A stretch of DNA of 64,000 nucleotides from Selenomonadaceae bacterium (GCA_963621975.1 CAVFGI010000004.1:16357-80356); one strand, 5' to 3'. Shown: positions 44,408 through 54,703, counted from the stretch's first letter. Numbers and translations are program-made. The notes: generated by a model not told the origin, from the letters alone.

Positions 44408-45162
44408 AGTTCTACTGGATGATTTCTGCGGTATTCATACATTAGAATGCCGGCAGCAACAGAAACATTAAGAGAATCAATGTGTCCACTCATTGGAATA
44501 GAAACCATTTGGTCACATTTTGCTCTAACAAGAGTTCTAACACCACTGCCTTCGCTTCCCATAACAATAACAGTACGATTAGAGAAATCCATATTGTAGG
44601 AGTTGTTTCCATCCATATCTGCACCATAAACCCAAAAGCCATATTCTTTTAGAACGTCTAATTCTCTTGCTAAATTGGTTACCGTTGACATGGTGACATA
44701 TTGAGCAGCACCCGAAGATATTCTTATAACAGTTTCGTTGGCGCTAGCACTTCTTCTCTCAAGGACAATGATGAGGGCAACTGAAAACTGATCTGCACTT
44801 CTGAGAATAGCACCAAGGTTGTGAGGGTCTGTAATCTCATCAAGAGCCAAAACTAAGGCGCTATCTCCTTCTTTGAGGCTATCACAGAAGTCTCTTACAG
44901 AAACTTCTCTAATTCTTCCTCCTTGACTTGCAGCAGCCTTGGCACCAAGATCAAGAACGGCTCCCCTATGATTCGTATTTCCAGCAAGTTTTTCAAGTTC
45001 TGCATCACTTACCTTCTTCACGGCGGTCTTGCCATTTGCTATAGCTTCCAACTCCAAGGAAGCGTTTCTTTTGTCTCCTCTAAGCAAATAAAGAGTGGAG
45101 CCTCTAGAAGCGTTCTTTAGAGCTTCTTCTATTGCATGTATTCCTGTAATCTTGGTTCCCAT
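44404..45162 (-). CDS. rlmB: SpoU/TrmH-family RNA 2'-O-methyltransferase (RlmB-like)
   Basis: 252 aa. N-terminal substrate-binding domain plus SPOUT motifs (LDEITDPHNLGAILRSA, VMGSEGSGV, IPMSGHIDSLNVSVAAGI). Confidence 0.8.
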   Translation of the reverse strand: MGTKITGIHAIEEALKNASRGSTLYLLRGDKRNASLELEAIANGKTAVKKVSDAELEKLAGNTNHRGAVLDLGAKAAASQGGRIREVSVRDFCDSLKEGDSALVLALDEITDPHNLGAILRSADQFSVALIIVLERRSASANETVIRISSGAAQYVTMSTVTNLARELDVLKEYGFWVYGADMDGNNSYNMDFSNRTVIVMGSEGSGVRTLVRAKCDQMVSIPMSGHIDSLNVSVAAGILMYEYRRNHPVEL

Positions 45163-45178
45163 AATAAATCCTTAAGTT

Positions 45179-46309
45179 TTAGTCGTTATCAAAAGGCACT
45201 GGACTTGGTGCAGGATTCTCTCCAAGGGTATCAGAGAGTTCTTTCATAAGTTGCTTTGCCTTAATTCCTAAGCGTTTTGGAGTCTCAATTTGGAATTTGA
45301 TATACATATCGCCCATTGAAGAACTCTTATACCTTGGAAGGCCTTGTCCTTTGACTCTGATAATCTTTCCATTCTGAACACCAGCTGGAATGCTTACCTT
45401 TATTGTTTGACCCATAAGGTTCTTTACTTCAATATCAAGACCAAGAGCAGCTTGAGTCATTGAAATTGGAATTTGAACAAAAAGGTCTTCATTCTGTCTA
45501 ACAAAATACTTGTGAGGTCTAATATTAACTCTTACATATAGGTCACCTGGAGTTGCATTGTTTTGACCAGCATTACCCATTTGAGGAATAATAATATCGG
45601 CACCATTCTCAATTCCTGCGGGAATTTTAATTTTTAGAGTCTGGCTCTTTCTTACAGTACCGCTACCCTTACAAACTGGACAAGGATCAGTAATAACAAC
45701 ACCCCACCCACCACAAGTTGGACATGTTCTTGACATAGAAAAGAAGCCACTTGATTGATGGATTTGACCAAGACCACCACAAGTTGGACATGTTTGGGAT
45801 GAAACTGTTCCCTTAGAAGAACCTGTACCATGACAAGCCTCACAAGGAATTTGATGGTTATAAGTCATCTCTTTCTTGCAATCTCCCATGACATCCTGCA
45901 AATCAACTTCTATATTTACTCTAATACTTTGACCAGTTTGTGGACCACCTTGAGCTCTTGATCTAAACGAGGAAGAAGATCCTCCACCAAATCCAAACAA
46001 ATCTCCAAAGATACTACCAAAACCACCAGAGAAGAGATCACTAAAATCTCTGTATGCCGCATTGCCAAAGCCTTGTGAACTGTCAACTCCAGCAAAACCA
46101 TAGCTATCATAGTTTTTACGTTTTGTATCATCCGACAACACTTCGTAAGCTTCTGTAGCTTCCTTAAAACGCTCCTCAGCGGCCTTGTCACCAGGATTTT
46201 TGTCAGGATGGTTCTCTATGGCAAGCTTTCTATATGCCTTTTTTATTTCTTCTTTTGTTGCTGTCTTGGAAACTCCAAGAACTTCATAATAATCTCTTTT
46301 ATCAGCCAC
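45179..46309 (-). CDS. dnaJ: molecular chaperone DnaJ
   Basis: 376 aa, GTG start. J domain with HPD, G/F-rich linker and four CxxCxGxG zinc-finger repeats. Confidence 0.97.
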   Translation of the reverse strand: MADKRDYYEVLGVSKTATKEEIKKAYRKLAIENHPDKNPGDKAAEERFKEATEAYEVLSDDTKRKNYDSYGFAGVDSSQGFGNAAYRDFSDLFSGGFGSIFGDLFGFGGGSSSSFRSRAQGGPQTGQSIRVNIEVDLQDVMGDCKKEMTYNHQIPCEACHGTGSSKGTVSSQTCPTCGGLGQIHQSSGFFSMSRTCPTCGGWGVVITDPCPVCKGSGTVRKSQTLKIKIPAGIENGADIIIPQMGNAGQNNATPGDLYVRVNIRPHKYFVRQNEDLFVQIPISMTQAALGLDIEVKNLMGQTIKVSIPAGVQNGKIIRVKGQGLPRYKSSSMGDMYIKFQIETPKRLGIKAKQLMKELSDTLGENPAPSPVPFDND

Positions 46310-46390
46310 GTTTGAACCCTCTCATATAACTTAACAAAAAACATAATAAAGCACAAGTTTGAATATATTCGTGTAGACGCCATCTATATT

Positions 46391-46421
46391 CAAGAAAATA
46401 GCCGGTCAATTGACCGGCTAT
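46391..46421 (-). terminator. rho-independent terminator between dnaK and dnaJ (ATAGCCGGTC-AATT-GACCGGCTAT + TTTTCTT)
   Basis: 10-bp perfect stem at 46398-46421, starting 20 nt after the dnaK stop codon. Confidence 0.75.
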
Positions 46422-46441
46422 GTGCTTTTCTTTGTTTGGCT

Positions 46442-48370
46442 TTAGTTGACAACCTCATAGTCAGCATCATCTGCTCCCTGCTGAGGACCATTACCACCAC
46501 CTGGCTGTGGGCCCTGCTCAGGACCAGCTCCTGGGCCTGCTTGCTGTCCGCCTTGAGGATTTGTATTCTTGTAAATTTCCTCAGCAAGCTTGTATGATGC
46601 CTTCTGTACGGCATCTGTCTTTGCCTTGAGCTCATCAGCGGATGCACTTTGGTTAGCAAGAACCTGTTTGAGATCAGACAGGGCAGCTTCTACAGTGGCT
46701 TTGTCGGATTCACTAATCTTATCGCCATAGTCTTTGAGAGCCTTCTCTGTCTGGTAGACAGCGCTATCTGCTGTGTTACGAGCATCAACTCTCTCACGTT
46801 CCTTCTTATCCTCTTCAGCATGCATCTCTGCATCCTTGACCATCTTTTCAATCTCACTCTCATCCAAGCCACTGGAGCTCTGAATTTGAATGCTCTGCTC
46901 CTTACCAGTTCCAAGATCCTTTGCAGATACATGAACAATACCGTTTGCATCAATATCAAAGGTAACTTCAATCTGAGGAACTCCTCTTGGAGCTGCTGGA
47001 ATTCCAACAAGATCAAATGTTCCAAGTGTTCTATTCTGAGAAGCAAGCTCACGTTCACCCTGAAGGACATGAATACTTACAGCAGTCTGTCCGTCAGCAG
47101 CAGTTGAGAAGACCTGACTCTTTCTTGTAGGAATAGTTGTATTACGCTCAATAAGCTTTGTTGTAACGCCACCAAGTGTCTCAATACCAAGTGAAAGTGG
47201 TGTGACATCAAGAAGAAGAACGTCTTTAACTGATCCACCAAGAATTCCACCCTGAATTGCAGCACCCATTGCAACAACTTCATCTGGGTTAACACCCTTG
47301 TGAGGTTCCTTTCCAAAGAGCTCCTTAACAACAGCCTGAACTTTTGGTACACGAGTTGAACCACCAACAAGAATGACTTCATCAATGTCAGAAGCTGAAA
47401 GGCCAGCATCCTTGAGAGCGTTTCTGCATGGAACCTTTGTTCTCTCAATAAGGTCATCAACCATCTGCTCAAAAGCAGCTCTTGTAAGGGTCATCTGCAA
47501 GTGCTTTGGACCTGTTGCATCAGCAGAAATAAATGGCAGATTGATGTCTGTAGAAGTTGAACTTGAAAGCTCAATCTTTGCCTTTTCAGCAGCCTCTTTA
47601 AGTCTCTGCAATGCCATCTTATCCTTTGAAAGGTCAATGCCTGTATCCTTCTTGAAACTCTCAACCATCCACTCAATGATTCTCTGGTCAAAGTTATCTC
47701 CACCAAGGTGTGTATCACCATTTGTAGACTTAACTTCAAAGACGCCATCACCAAGCTCAAGAATTGAAATATCAAATGTACCACCACCAAGGTCGTAAAC
47801 GGCAATCTTTTCGTCCTTTGAAGAATCTTTGCCAAAACCATAAGCCAAAGCTGCGGCAGTAGGCTCATTAACAATTCTCTTTACCTCTAGACCTGCAATC
47901 TTACCGGCATCCTTTGTTGCCTGACGCTGTGCATCGTTAAAGTAAGCAGGAACTGTAATAACAGCTTCTGTAACAGTTTCGCCAAGATAGTCTTCCGCTG
48001 TCTTCTTCATCTTCTGAAGAATTCTTGCTGAAATCTCTTCTGGACTGTATTCTTTGTCTCTAATAACAACTTTAATAGTGTCATTTGGTCCAGAAACAAC
48101 CTTATATGGAATCATAGAAAGTTCATCAGGAACTTCTCTGTATTTTCTTCCCATAAAACGCTTAATTGAGAAAACTGTGTTTTCAGCGTTTGTTACAATT
48201 TGGTTCTTTGCAGGCTGTCCAACAAGGCAGTCTCCCTTTGCTGTAAATCCAACAATAGATGGTGTTGTTCTCTGACCTTCAGAATTTGCCATGACAACAG
48301 GCTCGGAACCTTCCATTACCGCCACGCAACTGTTTGTTGTTCCAAGGTCAATTCCAATGATTTTTCCCAT
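46442..48370 (-). CDS. dnaK: molecular chaperone DnaK (Hsp70)
   Basis: 642 aa. [17 protein letters not shown] and [11 protein letters not shown] signatures. Confidence 0.99.
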   Translation of the reverse strand: MGKIIGIDLGTTNSCVAVMEGSEPVVMANSEGQRTTPSIVGFTAKGDCLVGQPAKNQIVTNAENTVFSIKRFMGRKYREVPDELSMIPYKVVSGPNDTIKVVIRDKEYSPEEISARILQKMKKTAEDYLGETVTEAVITVPAYFNDAQRQATKDAGKIAGLEVKRIVNEPTAAALAYGFGKDSSKDEKIAVYDLGGGTFDISILELGDGVFEVKSTNGDTHLGGDNFDQRIIEWMVESFKKDTGIDLSKDKMALQRLKEAAEKAKIELSSSTSTDINLPFISADATGPKHLQMTLTRAAFEQMVDDLIERTKVPCRNALKDAGLSASDIDEVILVGGSTRVPKVQAVVKELFGKEPHKGVNPDEVVAMGAAIQGGILGGSVKDVLLLDVTPLSLGIETLGGVTTKLIERNTTIPTRKSQVFSTAADGQTAVSIHVLQGERELASQNRTLGTFDLVGIPAAPRGVPQIEVTFDIDANGIVHVSAKDLGTGKEQSIQIQSSSGLDESEIEKMVKDAEMHAEEDKKERERVDARNTADSAVYQTEKALKDYGDKISESDKATVEAALSDLKQVLANQSASADELKAKTDAVQKASYKLAEEIYKNTNPQGGQQAGPGAGPEQGPQPGGGNGPQQGADDADYEVVN

Positions 48371-48447
48371 AATATATGCTCCTAAAAATGATAAGTATCA
48401 GTTTTAAACTCTCGTGGACTTTTCCAAACCCACAAACGTTCAATGGT

Positions 48448-48476
48448 AATTTACAAATCTCTTACAAAATCGTCAA
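48448..48476 (-). promoter_or_regulatory. putative dnaK promoter (- strand TTGACG-N17-TAAATT)
   Basis: Hexamers at + strand 48471-48476 and 48448-48453. Confidence 0.4.
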
Positions 48477-48496
48477 ACGAAATACCCTGAAATGTC

Positions 48497-48509
48497 GGGG
48501 TTTTGCAAG
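48497..48509. repeat. partial palindrome-family copy GGGGTTTTGCAAG, preceded by CCCTGAAA (48486-48493)
   Basis: Lies in the grpE-dnaK intergenic region. Confidence 0.4.
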
Positions 48510-48526
48510 AAACTACAAAAAACCCT

Positions 48527-49099
48527 CTATTCAGGTTTTCCAATTCTAACTTTTGAAGGTCTTAAAACTCTATCGTGCAAGGTATAACCTTTAATGAAAT
48601 CTTCAAGCACTGTCTCATGCTCAAGGGAGTCATCAACTGTTACCATGCAGGCTTCATGCTTTTGAGGATCAAATTCTTCTCCAACTGCATTAATTACCTT
48701 AAGCCCCCAATCCTTATCTAGGTTTGACAAGAATTGACTCTGAGCCATTTCAATTCCTTCTACAAGTTTCTCTGTATCTCCACCACTCTTTGCTGCAGCC
48801 AAAGCTCTATCTAGATTATCTAAAAATGGAAGAATGTCTGAAATAAGCCTTGAGTTTGCAAACTGTACAGCTTCTTCTTTGTCTCTAGCAAGACGTTTTC
48901 TGTAATTATCGGTCTCCGCTTGACGTCTAATCATCTGATCCTTAAGCTCTGCGTTGCTAGCTGAAAGTTCTTCAACCTTCTTTTCTAATTCTGCAATCTT
49001 ATTCTCAGCTGATTCAGTAGATTCTTCAGCTACAGGTCTTTCTTCTGTGCTTTCCGGATTTTCATTTTCAGCTCTTTTTTCTTCATTTTTTTTACTCAT
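48527..49099 (-). CDS. grpE: nucleotide exchange factor GrpE
   Basis: Preferred start is ATG 49099 (MSKKNEEK) after GAGGGAAAT. Acidic N-terminus, a long helix, and the C-terminal GYTLHDRVLRPSKVRIGKP typical of GrpE. Confidence 0.9.
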   Translation of the reverse strand: MSKKNEEKRAENENPESTEERPVAEESTESAENKIAELEKKVEELSASNAELKDQMIRRQAETDNYRKRLARDKEEAVQFANSRLISDILPFLDNLDRALAAAKSGGDTEKLVEGIEMAQSQFLSNLDKDWGLKVINAVGEEFDPQKHEACMVTVDDSLEHETVLEDFIKGYTLHDRVLRPSKVRIGKPE

Positions 49100-49117
49100 A
49101 TTTCCCTCATCGAACGA

Positions 49118-49146
49118 AAAATACAAAGACTCTGAAGTAACGTCAA
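49118..49146 (-). promoter_or_regulatory. putative grpE promoter (- strand TTGACG-N17-TATTTT)
   Basis: Hexamers at + strand 49141-49146 and 49118-49123. Same unusual -35 variant as upstream of dnaK. Confidence 0.4.
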
Positions 49147-49150
49147 GTTG

Positions 49151-50188
49151 TTATTGCTCGTCATCAAAATCAACAACTTCTTCTTCCCCATAGGTTTCCC
49201 ATTGTTTCTCAGATTGTTGTTCATCTTCTTGGTTAAGATCATAATCTATGTCTGTAATCTCAACTTGAGAAATCTCATCTCTTGACGGCTCAACATAATC
49301 AGGCTGAACTACTCTCTCAGTTTTCTCTAACTCAGTTCTCTCTAACTCAGTTTTCTCTAACTGAACAGATACTTCCTGGACAACTGGCCGTGAAACTGGT
49401 TGCGAAACAACAAGCCTCTGGCTCTTTTCAATTAGAGCATCAAGTCTATTCGCTTCATTATCAACTATGTCTAGTTTATTCTGAAGTTCCCCAAAGAACT
49501 GTTGTACTGTGTGAATAACAGCTTGAAATGCGTCATCTATTTTCTTGAGTCGCTGGTCTATGTCTTTGCTTGTCATATCCTTGAATGAAGCTAGAACATC
49601 CTGACTTTCTTTGTGCAGACTAGCCATAGCCTCATCCATACTATTATCGGTCTCACTGACAGCCTCATTCATGCGGGTTACAGATTCGCGCTCAAGCTGG
49701 ATAACGCGTTGTTCATGCTTGCGCAGGTGCTCGTCTGCATCCTTCATGTCCTGTCTAAAGCCGTCAATGACGTTTCTGACGTTATCAAGCCTAGAGGCCT
49801 CATTTTGTACGGTGGAAATCTTGTCGTCTGCATCCTCTGTAAGCTTTGCAAGTCCCTCTAACGCTGTCTTGTATGTATCCATGGCGTTCTTGAGTTTGAC
49901 CAAGTCTTCTGAATATTCACGAAGTTCTGCAAGCTGTGCATCAAGTTTATGAACCATAGCTTGAACCTCGTCGTTCTTTTTGGCAATTGTTTGCTCAAAT
50001 TCGGTAGCAAAGTGCCTGAAAGAATTTTCGCTGTCTTCAACCTCGCCCTTGTATTTTTCTAGCCAAGCTTTAACAGTTTGTATGCCTCTATTTTTCTTGT
50101 CACTTGCTCGTAATGAGAAAATGATTACCAATGTTAACACAAATAAGAAAATAGGTAACAGAACAGGAACCAAAGAAACCAAATTCAT
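49151..50188 (-). CDS. membrane-anchored coiled-coil protein, function unknown
   Basis: 345 aa. One N-terminal TM helix (LVSLVPVLLPIFLFVLTLVIIFSL), then about 250 aa of heptad-like charged sequence and a very acidic C-terminus. Confidence 0.6.
   Translation of the reverse strand: MNLVSLVPVLLPIFLFVLTLVIIFSLRASDKKNRGIQTVKAWLEKYKGEVEDSENSFRHFATEFEQTIAKKNDEVQAMVHKLDAQLAELREYSEDLVKLKNAMDTYKTALEGLAKLTEDADDKISTVQNEASRLDNVRNVIDGFRQDMKDADEHLRKHEQRVIQLERESVTRMNEAVSETDNSMDEAMASLHKESQDVLASFKDMTSKDIDQRLKKIDDAFQAVIHTVQQFFGELQNKLDIVDNEANRLDALIEKSQRLVVSQPVSRPVVQEVSVQLEKTELERTELEKTERVVQPDYVEPSRDEISQVEITDIDYDLNQEDEQQSEKQWETYGEEEVVDFDDEQ
49318..49362 (-). repeat. 3 x 15-bp in-frame tandem repeat inside the coiled-coil gene (encodes EKTEL-ERTEL-EKTE)
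   Basis: Units 49318-49332, 49333-49347 and 49348-49362. Units 1 and 3 are identical; unit 2 differs at 2 nt. Confidence 0.85.
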
Positions 50189-50189
50189 T

Positions 50190-50879
50190 TTATTTACTCT
50201 CCATTTGCTTTAATAGCCATCTATCAAACCCTTTCCAGGATTCAAACACTCCACAAGCCAAGGGATATTCTTTTTCAGATCCCCTCGCATTCACTAAAAC
50301 TGCATCAATTCCCGCATCATGTGCTCCTACAACATCCTTGTCATAGCTGTCACCCACATAAAGCACTTCCTTGGAATCTAGCCCCATATTATACAGCAGA
50401 TATTCAAAACAGTGGACACTTGGTTTTAAAAATCCTACATCCTCACTGCTAGCTGCTAAATCTACATAAGAAGAAAGCCCCATAGACTCAAGTTTCTGAA
50501 AAAGAGGAAAGTCACTAAAGACTCCAATCTTGAGTCCTTTTTCTTTAATTGACTTAAAAGTCTCTACCACCCCGTCATAAGGTTTTGTGTTTTTATACAG
50601 CCTTTCCATGGGCAGATAAATCCACCTTTCTAAGTGCTGTCTTGTGCTTTCAATGTCCTGTTTTGTACATGAGCCATTATTTTTTAATATAACAATAGCT
50701 TCTTTGGACATCAAGTCTCCATTCAAAGACTCTTGGCACTTCCTAAGCGCTCTTCTCATTTTATTATACTTCAAAGAAAAGACAGGATGACAAAGTCCTA
50801 AGGCAAGAAGTCTTTTGTTCATTACAGCTTTGGGGTAAAGAGTTCCATCTATATCAAAGCAAATTGCCTTGTATTTCAT
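50190..50879 (-). CDS. HAD-superfamily hydrolase
   Basis: 229 aa. Motif I FDIDGTL, motif II FSDF-type Ser, motif IV VGDSYDKDV. Confidence 0.8.
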   Translation of the reverse strand: MKYKAICFDIDGTLYPKAVMNKRLLALGLCHPVFSLKYNKMRRALRKCQESLNGDLMSKEAIVILKNNGSCTKQDIESTRQHLERWIYLPMERLYKNTKPYDGVVETFKSIKEKGLKIGVFSDFPLFQKLESMGLSSYVDLAASSEDVGFLKPSVHCFEYLLYNMGLDSKEVLYVGDSYDKDVVGAHDAGIDAVLVNARGSEKEYPLACGVFESWKGFDRWLLKQMESK

Positions 50880-52420
50880 CCCTTCTTACCCTTCTTCTTA
50901 TAGGTGTCTCTAGCTTTCTGTATTGCAATTGCCTTGGCTTTAGCACCAACCTTCTTAGCTTTTGGAGTTGCTTTTGCCTTTCCCCCTCTAGGTTTTTCTG
51001 CCACAGCCTTTGTACTTGGCCTTACGTTCTTTGATACTTCCACCGCAGCATTTTTCACCTTAGCCTTTTGACCTAGCTTATGGTTGCTCTCACTTCGTTC
51101 CCTTTCTCTAAGATTTATCTCAATAGGAATTAAAGTTAAACCCAAGTCTCGTCTAATGCAATTCTTTAAATACTGAACATACATTTGTGGAAAGTCTTTC
51201 TTTCTGTTTATAAAGAACAAAAACTTAACCGGGTTTACAGAAATTTGTGTTCCATAGTAAACCTTGTAATGTCCTTCTGTTCCACGAGGAGGCTGATATG
51301 CTTCTCCCCAAGACTTGAGTGCTTCATTTAAAATAGCCGTATCAACTCTCTTTCCCAACTGATTATAAATCTTCAATACTGTATCGAGCATTTCAGAAAT
51401 ATTAGTTCCTCTAGATGCCGATATAAACTGAATTGGTGCAAAATTTAGAATTGGAAACTGAAACCTCACCCTATCCTCAATAGCTTGAGTCTCATTAGGA
51501 ACACCTTTTAAAAGATCAATCTTATTTAAAACAAGAACTACCCCTTTTCCTCGTCTTACAATCAAGTTGGCAATTTTCTTATCCTGTTCTGCAAGACCCT
51601 CAACTGCATCTACAACCAAAAGCACTACATCTGCTTCATCTATGGTCTTAATTGCTCTATTTACAGAATAATACTCAACATCCTCTTCAACTTTTGTTTT
51701 TCTTCTTATGCCTGCAGTATCAAGAATGGTGAAATTTTTACCCTTATAGCTAAAACCACCCTTCACCACATCTCTTGTTGTGCCCGCAATAGGGCTAACA
51801 ATAGAGAGGTCCTGACCAGTCAAAAGATTGGTCAACGTGCTTTTACCGGTATTTGGTTTACCCAAAACTGCAAGCTTCAATGCATCAGCGAAAACTTCCT
51901 CATTAAGCTCTTGTACCGAGTCCACTTCATCTTCAAGGTCTAACATCCCCATGAGGGTCTCTTCCAACGAATCTATTCCGTTTCCATGCGCCGATGAAAT
52001 CCCCACAATCCTCTGATATCCGTAAGAGAAGAAATTCCAAATCATATCCTCTCTAGACACGTCATCTATCTTATTCACCGCCAACACAATCTTATCTGTG
52101 TAAGGGCGAAGCTCATTCATAAGCATTTGATCTTCTGGTGTCACGTCCATGCAATCCATCAAAAAGATAATTGCATTGGCACCTTCCAACAAAGAGAGAC
52201 TTTTTTTTGACACAAGTTCATCAAAGCCTTCAAGGTCCAGCTTCACCCCACCGCTATCTGTGAGATTTACAGCATGCCCACACAAAATCCACTTCTCAGA
52301 TATAGGATCACGCGTAACGCCTGGGGTTGGGTCTGTGATTGCCCTTCTTTTTCCCACGAGCCTGTTAAATAGCGTTGATTTTCCAACATTTGGCCTTCCA
52401 ATAATCACCACGTTCTTCAT
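50876..52420 (-). CDS. der: ribosome-biogenesis GTPase Der (EngA) with a Lys/Ala-rich C-terminal extension
   Basis: Preferred start is ATG 52420 (MKNVVIIGRPNVGKSTLFNRL). Two G domains (GRPNVGKST, GKPNTGKST), a KH-like domain, then a basic tail of about 75 aa ending KAKATPKAKKVGAKAKAIAIQKARDTYKKKGKKG. Confidence 0.93.
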   Translation of the reverse strand: MKNVVIIGRPNVGKSTLFNRLVGKRRAITDPTPGVTRDPISEKWILCGHAVNLTDSGGVKLDLEGFDELVSKKSLSLLEGANAIIFLMDCMDVTPEDQMLMNELRPYTDKIVLAVNKIDDVSREDMIWNFFSYGYQRIVGISSAHGNGIDSLEETLMGMLDLEDEVDSVQELNEEVFADALKLAVLGKPNTGKSTLTNLLTGQDLSIVSPIAGTTRDVVKGGFSYKGKNFTILDTAGIRRKTKVEEDVEYYSVNRAIKTIDEADVVLLVVDAVEGLAEQDKKIANLIVRRGKGVVLVLNKIDLLKGVPNETQAIEDRVRFQFPILNFAPIQFISASRGTNISEMLDTVLKIYNQLGKRVDTAILNEALKSWGEAYQPPRGTEGHYKVYYGTQISVNPVKFLFFINRKKDFPQMYVQYLKNCIRRDLGLTLIPIEINLRERERSESNHKLGQKAKVKNAAVEVSKNVRPSTKAVAEKPRGGKAKATPKAKKVGAKAKAIAIQKARDTYKKKGKKG

Positions 52421-52531
52421 ACTTGCAATACTAAAACATAAAAGAAAAACAAACAATAATACACATCTACACTTTCCTTTATCCCGATTTCCTTGTCCTT
52501 GTCCTTTGCTACTGTTATAATCAATTCCAAG

Positions 52532-53128
52532 ATGATTGAAGACCTTCAAGATGAATTACAAGATGTAAGACCTCAAAGAAAGAAAGAAAAAAAACATATC
52601 CCTTTTTTGCTTTTGGCTTTTCTTATTTGGATTCCTTACGCTGTAATCATTGGGATTATCGCAACCCCAAAAGCAATAATCACAATCCGAGAATCTGGAG
52701 TACAAAGCTATATTGCAAATGCAATTACCCAAAAAGACCAGTCCAAGACTAGAGAAGTCTCGCTGTGCTTTATAATTCCAAGCTCAGATGGCCATTTAAA
52801 CTATCAAATGTACATGCAAAAGGTCTCAAAAACGGGTGAAAGTATCTATCACGATGCTATTGAGGGCCTTCTTGCTGGAGCTGAATATGAGGCTCTAGGC
52901 TCAGGAGCTGTATCATTTATTGCAAGTGGAACCCATTTAAATGGGCTAACAGTGTCCCAAGGCACTGCTTTTGTGGATTTTTCAAGCGACTTTACCACTT
53001 CTGGGAGCAATTGGGGAACGGGCGGACTGGAAGCTGCAAAAGAACAGGTTGAAGAAACTCTCAAGACCTTAGATTCATCAATCAAAAAAGTTGTAATCCT
53101 TGTTGATGGCATTGAGCTTTCAATATAA
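52532..53128 (+). CDS. membrane-anchored GerMN-domain protein
   Basis: Preferred start is ATG 52532. One TM helix, then AIEGLLAG...LNGLTVSQGTAFVDFSSDF...VVILVDG resembling the GerMN (germane) domain. Confidence 0.55.
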   Translation: MIEDLQDELQDVRPQRKKEKKHIPFLLLAFLIWIPYAVIIGIIATPKAIITIRESGVQSYIANAITQKDQSKTREVSLCFIIPSSDGHLNYQMYMQKVSKTGESIYHDAIEGLLAGAEYEALGSGAVSFIASGTHLNGLTVSQGTAFVDFSSDFTTSGSNWGTGGLEAAKEQVEETLKTLDSSIKKVVILVDGIELSI

Positions 53129-53139
53129 CTTTTGGAGCG

Positions 53140-53925
53140 TTAACTTTTTATCTCACTTTTAATCTCACAGGCATTTAGAAATTGCTCACAAGACCATGAA
53201 CTTCCGTGTTTTAAGAGAGCCAAAAACTCTGTGTTGCCCTTATGTCCCTTGATGGGAGATTTCACTGCATTATATATTCCTATGTTTTCATCTTGGAGGT
53301 TATCAAAAACGTTTTTAAGTGTTTCTTGCATGAGATTTTCATCTTCAACAACACCAAAGAAATTCTCTTGCCATTTTGGAACTTCAAATTGAGGTTTTAT
53401 TAGTGCCACAAGCCAAGTATCGTTTACTAATTCTAATATATGGCTTGCTGCTCCCTTTATTGAGCGGAACGATAAATCGGCCACAGCAGCATTTGGCTCT
53501 GGTTTTAAATCTCCTTTCTCAAGAGCCATGATGTTTTGTTTTTCATGAACATAGACTCTGCTGTCTGTTCTTATTTTGTAATCCAAAAGGTTAAAACCAA
53601 CATCTACGCTATGAACCCCAAAGGCTCCATGTTGCAAAAGGCAATCTGTAAAGCCCCCAGTGGAGGAACCTGCGTCAAGCATAAATAGGCCGTTTACATC
53701 TAGTTTAAACGTCTCCAATGCCTTCTCAAGCTTAAATCCACCACGAGATACATACTTTGGGAAAACTATCTCAACAATGGCCTCTTTTGGGTATGTTGCC
53801 CTAAAATCTGTGCAAAGATCTCCATTAACGTACACGTTTTTACAGCTGACTAGCGCTGTAGCTTGGTCCTTTGTTAAAAGAGGATCTTGTTGGCGTAATA
53901 ACTGGATGATGCTTTGTTTTGCCAC
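53140..53925 (-). CDS. tlyA: TlyA-family rRNA (cytidine-2'-O)-methyltransferase / haemolysin A
   Basis: 261 aa. S4-like N-terminus, YVSRGGFKLEKAL and the SAM motif LDAGSSTGGFTDCLLQHGA. Confidence 0.9.
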   Translation of the reverse strand: MAKQSIIQLLRQQDPLLTKDQATALVSCKNVYVNGDLCTDFRATYPKEAIVEIVFPKYVSRGGFKLEKALETFKLDVNGLFMLDAGSSTGGFTDCLLQHGAFGVHSVDVGFNLLDYKIRTDSRVYVHEKQNIMALEKGDLKPEPNAAVADLSFRSIKGAASHILELVNDTWLVALIKPQFEVPKWQENFFGVVEDENLMQETLKNVFDNLQDENIGIYNAVKSPIKGHKGNTEFLALLKHGSSWSCEQFLNACEIKSEIKS

Positions 53926-53929
53926 TTAA

Positions 53930-54700
53930 TTACTCCACAATCCTTGTTATCTCTATTGCCTTTCCGGTTTCCAGATCTGAAGAAACGCAGACTCCATGAA
54001 TCTCTGCAATATTTTCGTGTACTTTTGCTTTTATTGGAAGTTGTGTTTTTTGACGTCTTATAGCAATATCGGGATTACAGCCTATGATGCTACCTTTAGG
54101 TCCGCACATGCCAAGATCTGTGATGTAAGCAGTGCCGTTTGGAAGGATGCGTTCGTCCATGGTCTGGACATGTATGTGGGTGCCAACTACGGCGGTGACT
54201 TTGCCATCTAGGTAGAATGCAAGAGCTTCCTTTTCCTCTGAATTTTCTGCATGGAAGTCAACAAAAATGGTTTTTGCTTTGACGCTCTTGAGAAGATCTG
54301 TGGCTGTCTTGAAAGGGTCATCTATAGGGAACATGTTAATGCGCCCCTGCAGGTTTATAACGCTGACATCTCCAAGCGTGACAATCCCGTGACCCGGTAG
54401 TAAATTACCGTAATTTGCAGGTCTAAGCAGGGCTTCTTTTGAATCCAAATAGGATGAAACCAAATCCTTATCATGCCAAATGTGATTTCCGGATGTGATT
54501 ACATTCACACCGCACCCAAAAAGGAGGTCTACTTGGGAAGTGGTAATTCCAAAGCCATTGCAGGCATTTTCCCCATTGACAACGACAAAATCTGCCCTGT
54601 ATTTCTTTATCAACGAAGGTAGTTTAAAACAAATAGCCCTGCAACCTGGGTCTCCATAGATGTCCCCAAGCAACAGGGTTGTAAAGGTTTTTGCGCCCAT
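53930..54700 (-). CDS. ymdB: YmdB-like metallophosphoesterase (2',3'-cyclic-nucleotide phosphodiesterase family, TIGR00282-type)
   Basis: 256 aa. LLLGDIYGDPG, VVNGENA, TSGNHIW and DFHAE motifs. Conserved position immediately downstream of rny. Confidence 0.85.
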   Translation of the reverse strand: MGAKTFTTLLLGDIYGDPGCRAICFKLPSLIKKYRADFVVVNGENACNGFGITTSQVDLLFGCGVNVITSGNHIWHDKDLVSSYLDSKEALLRPANYGNLLPGHGIVTLGDVSVINLQGRINMFPIDDPFKTATDLLKSVKAKTIFVDFHAENSEEKEALAFYLDGKVTAVVGTHIHVQTMDERILPNGTAYITDLGMCGPKGSIIGCNPDIAIRRQKTQLPIKAKVHENIAEIHGVCVSSDLETGKAIEITRIVE

Positions 54701-54703
54701 AAG

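Noticed and set aside
46358-46392. Inverted repeat TTGAATATA-N17-TATATTCAA upstream of dnaJ as a CIRCE-like operator
   Set aside because: The sequence is unrelated to CIRCE. It is an A/T-only 9-bp arm in an A/T-rich spacer, so it may be chance or part of the dnaJ promoter.
46649-47798. Several long ORFs (126-152 aa) on both strands overlapping dnaK, with similar antisense ORFs inside fucI, lacZ, rny and the ABC genes
   Set aside because: The dnaK, fucI, lacZ and rny frames carry unmistakable family motifs. The overlapping ORFs are low-complexity and lack RBSs. They are the usual by-product of codon bias in long genes.
52421-52549. N-terminal extensions in track ORFs: der 52549, rny 56350, OMP 61546, SBP 4154, folA 41158, rpoA 63204, pmbA 33095, grpE 49126
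   Set aside because: In each case an internal ATG preceded by a good Shine-Dalgarno coincides with the canonical family N-terminus or a signal peptide. The upstream extension has no RBS and runs into promoter or intergenic sequence.
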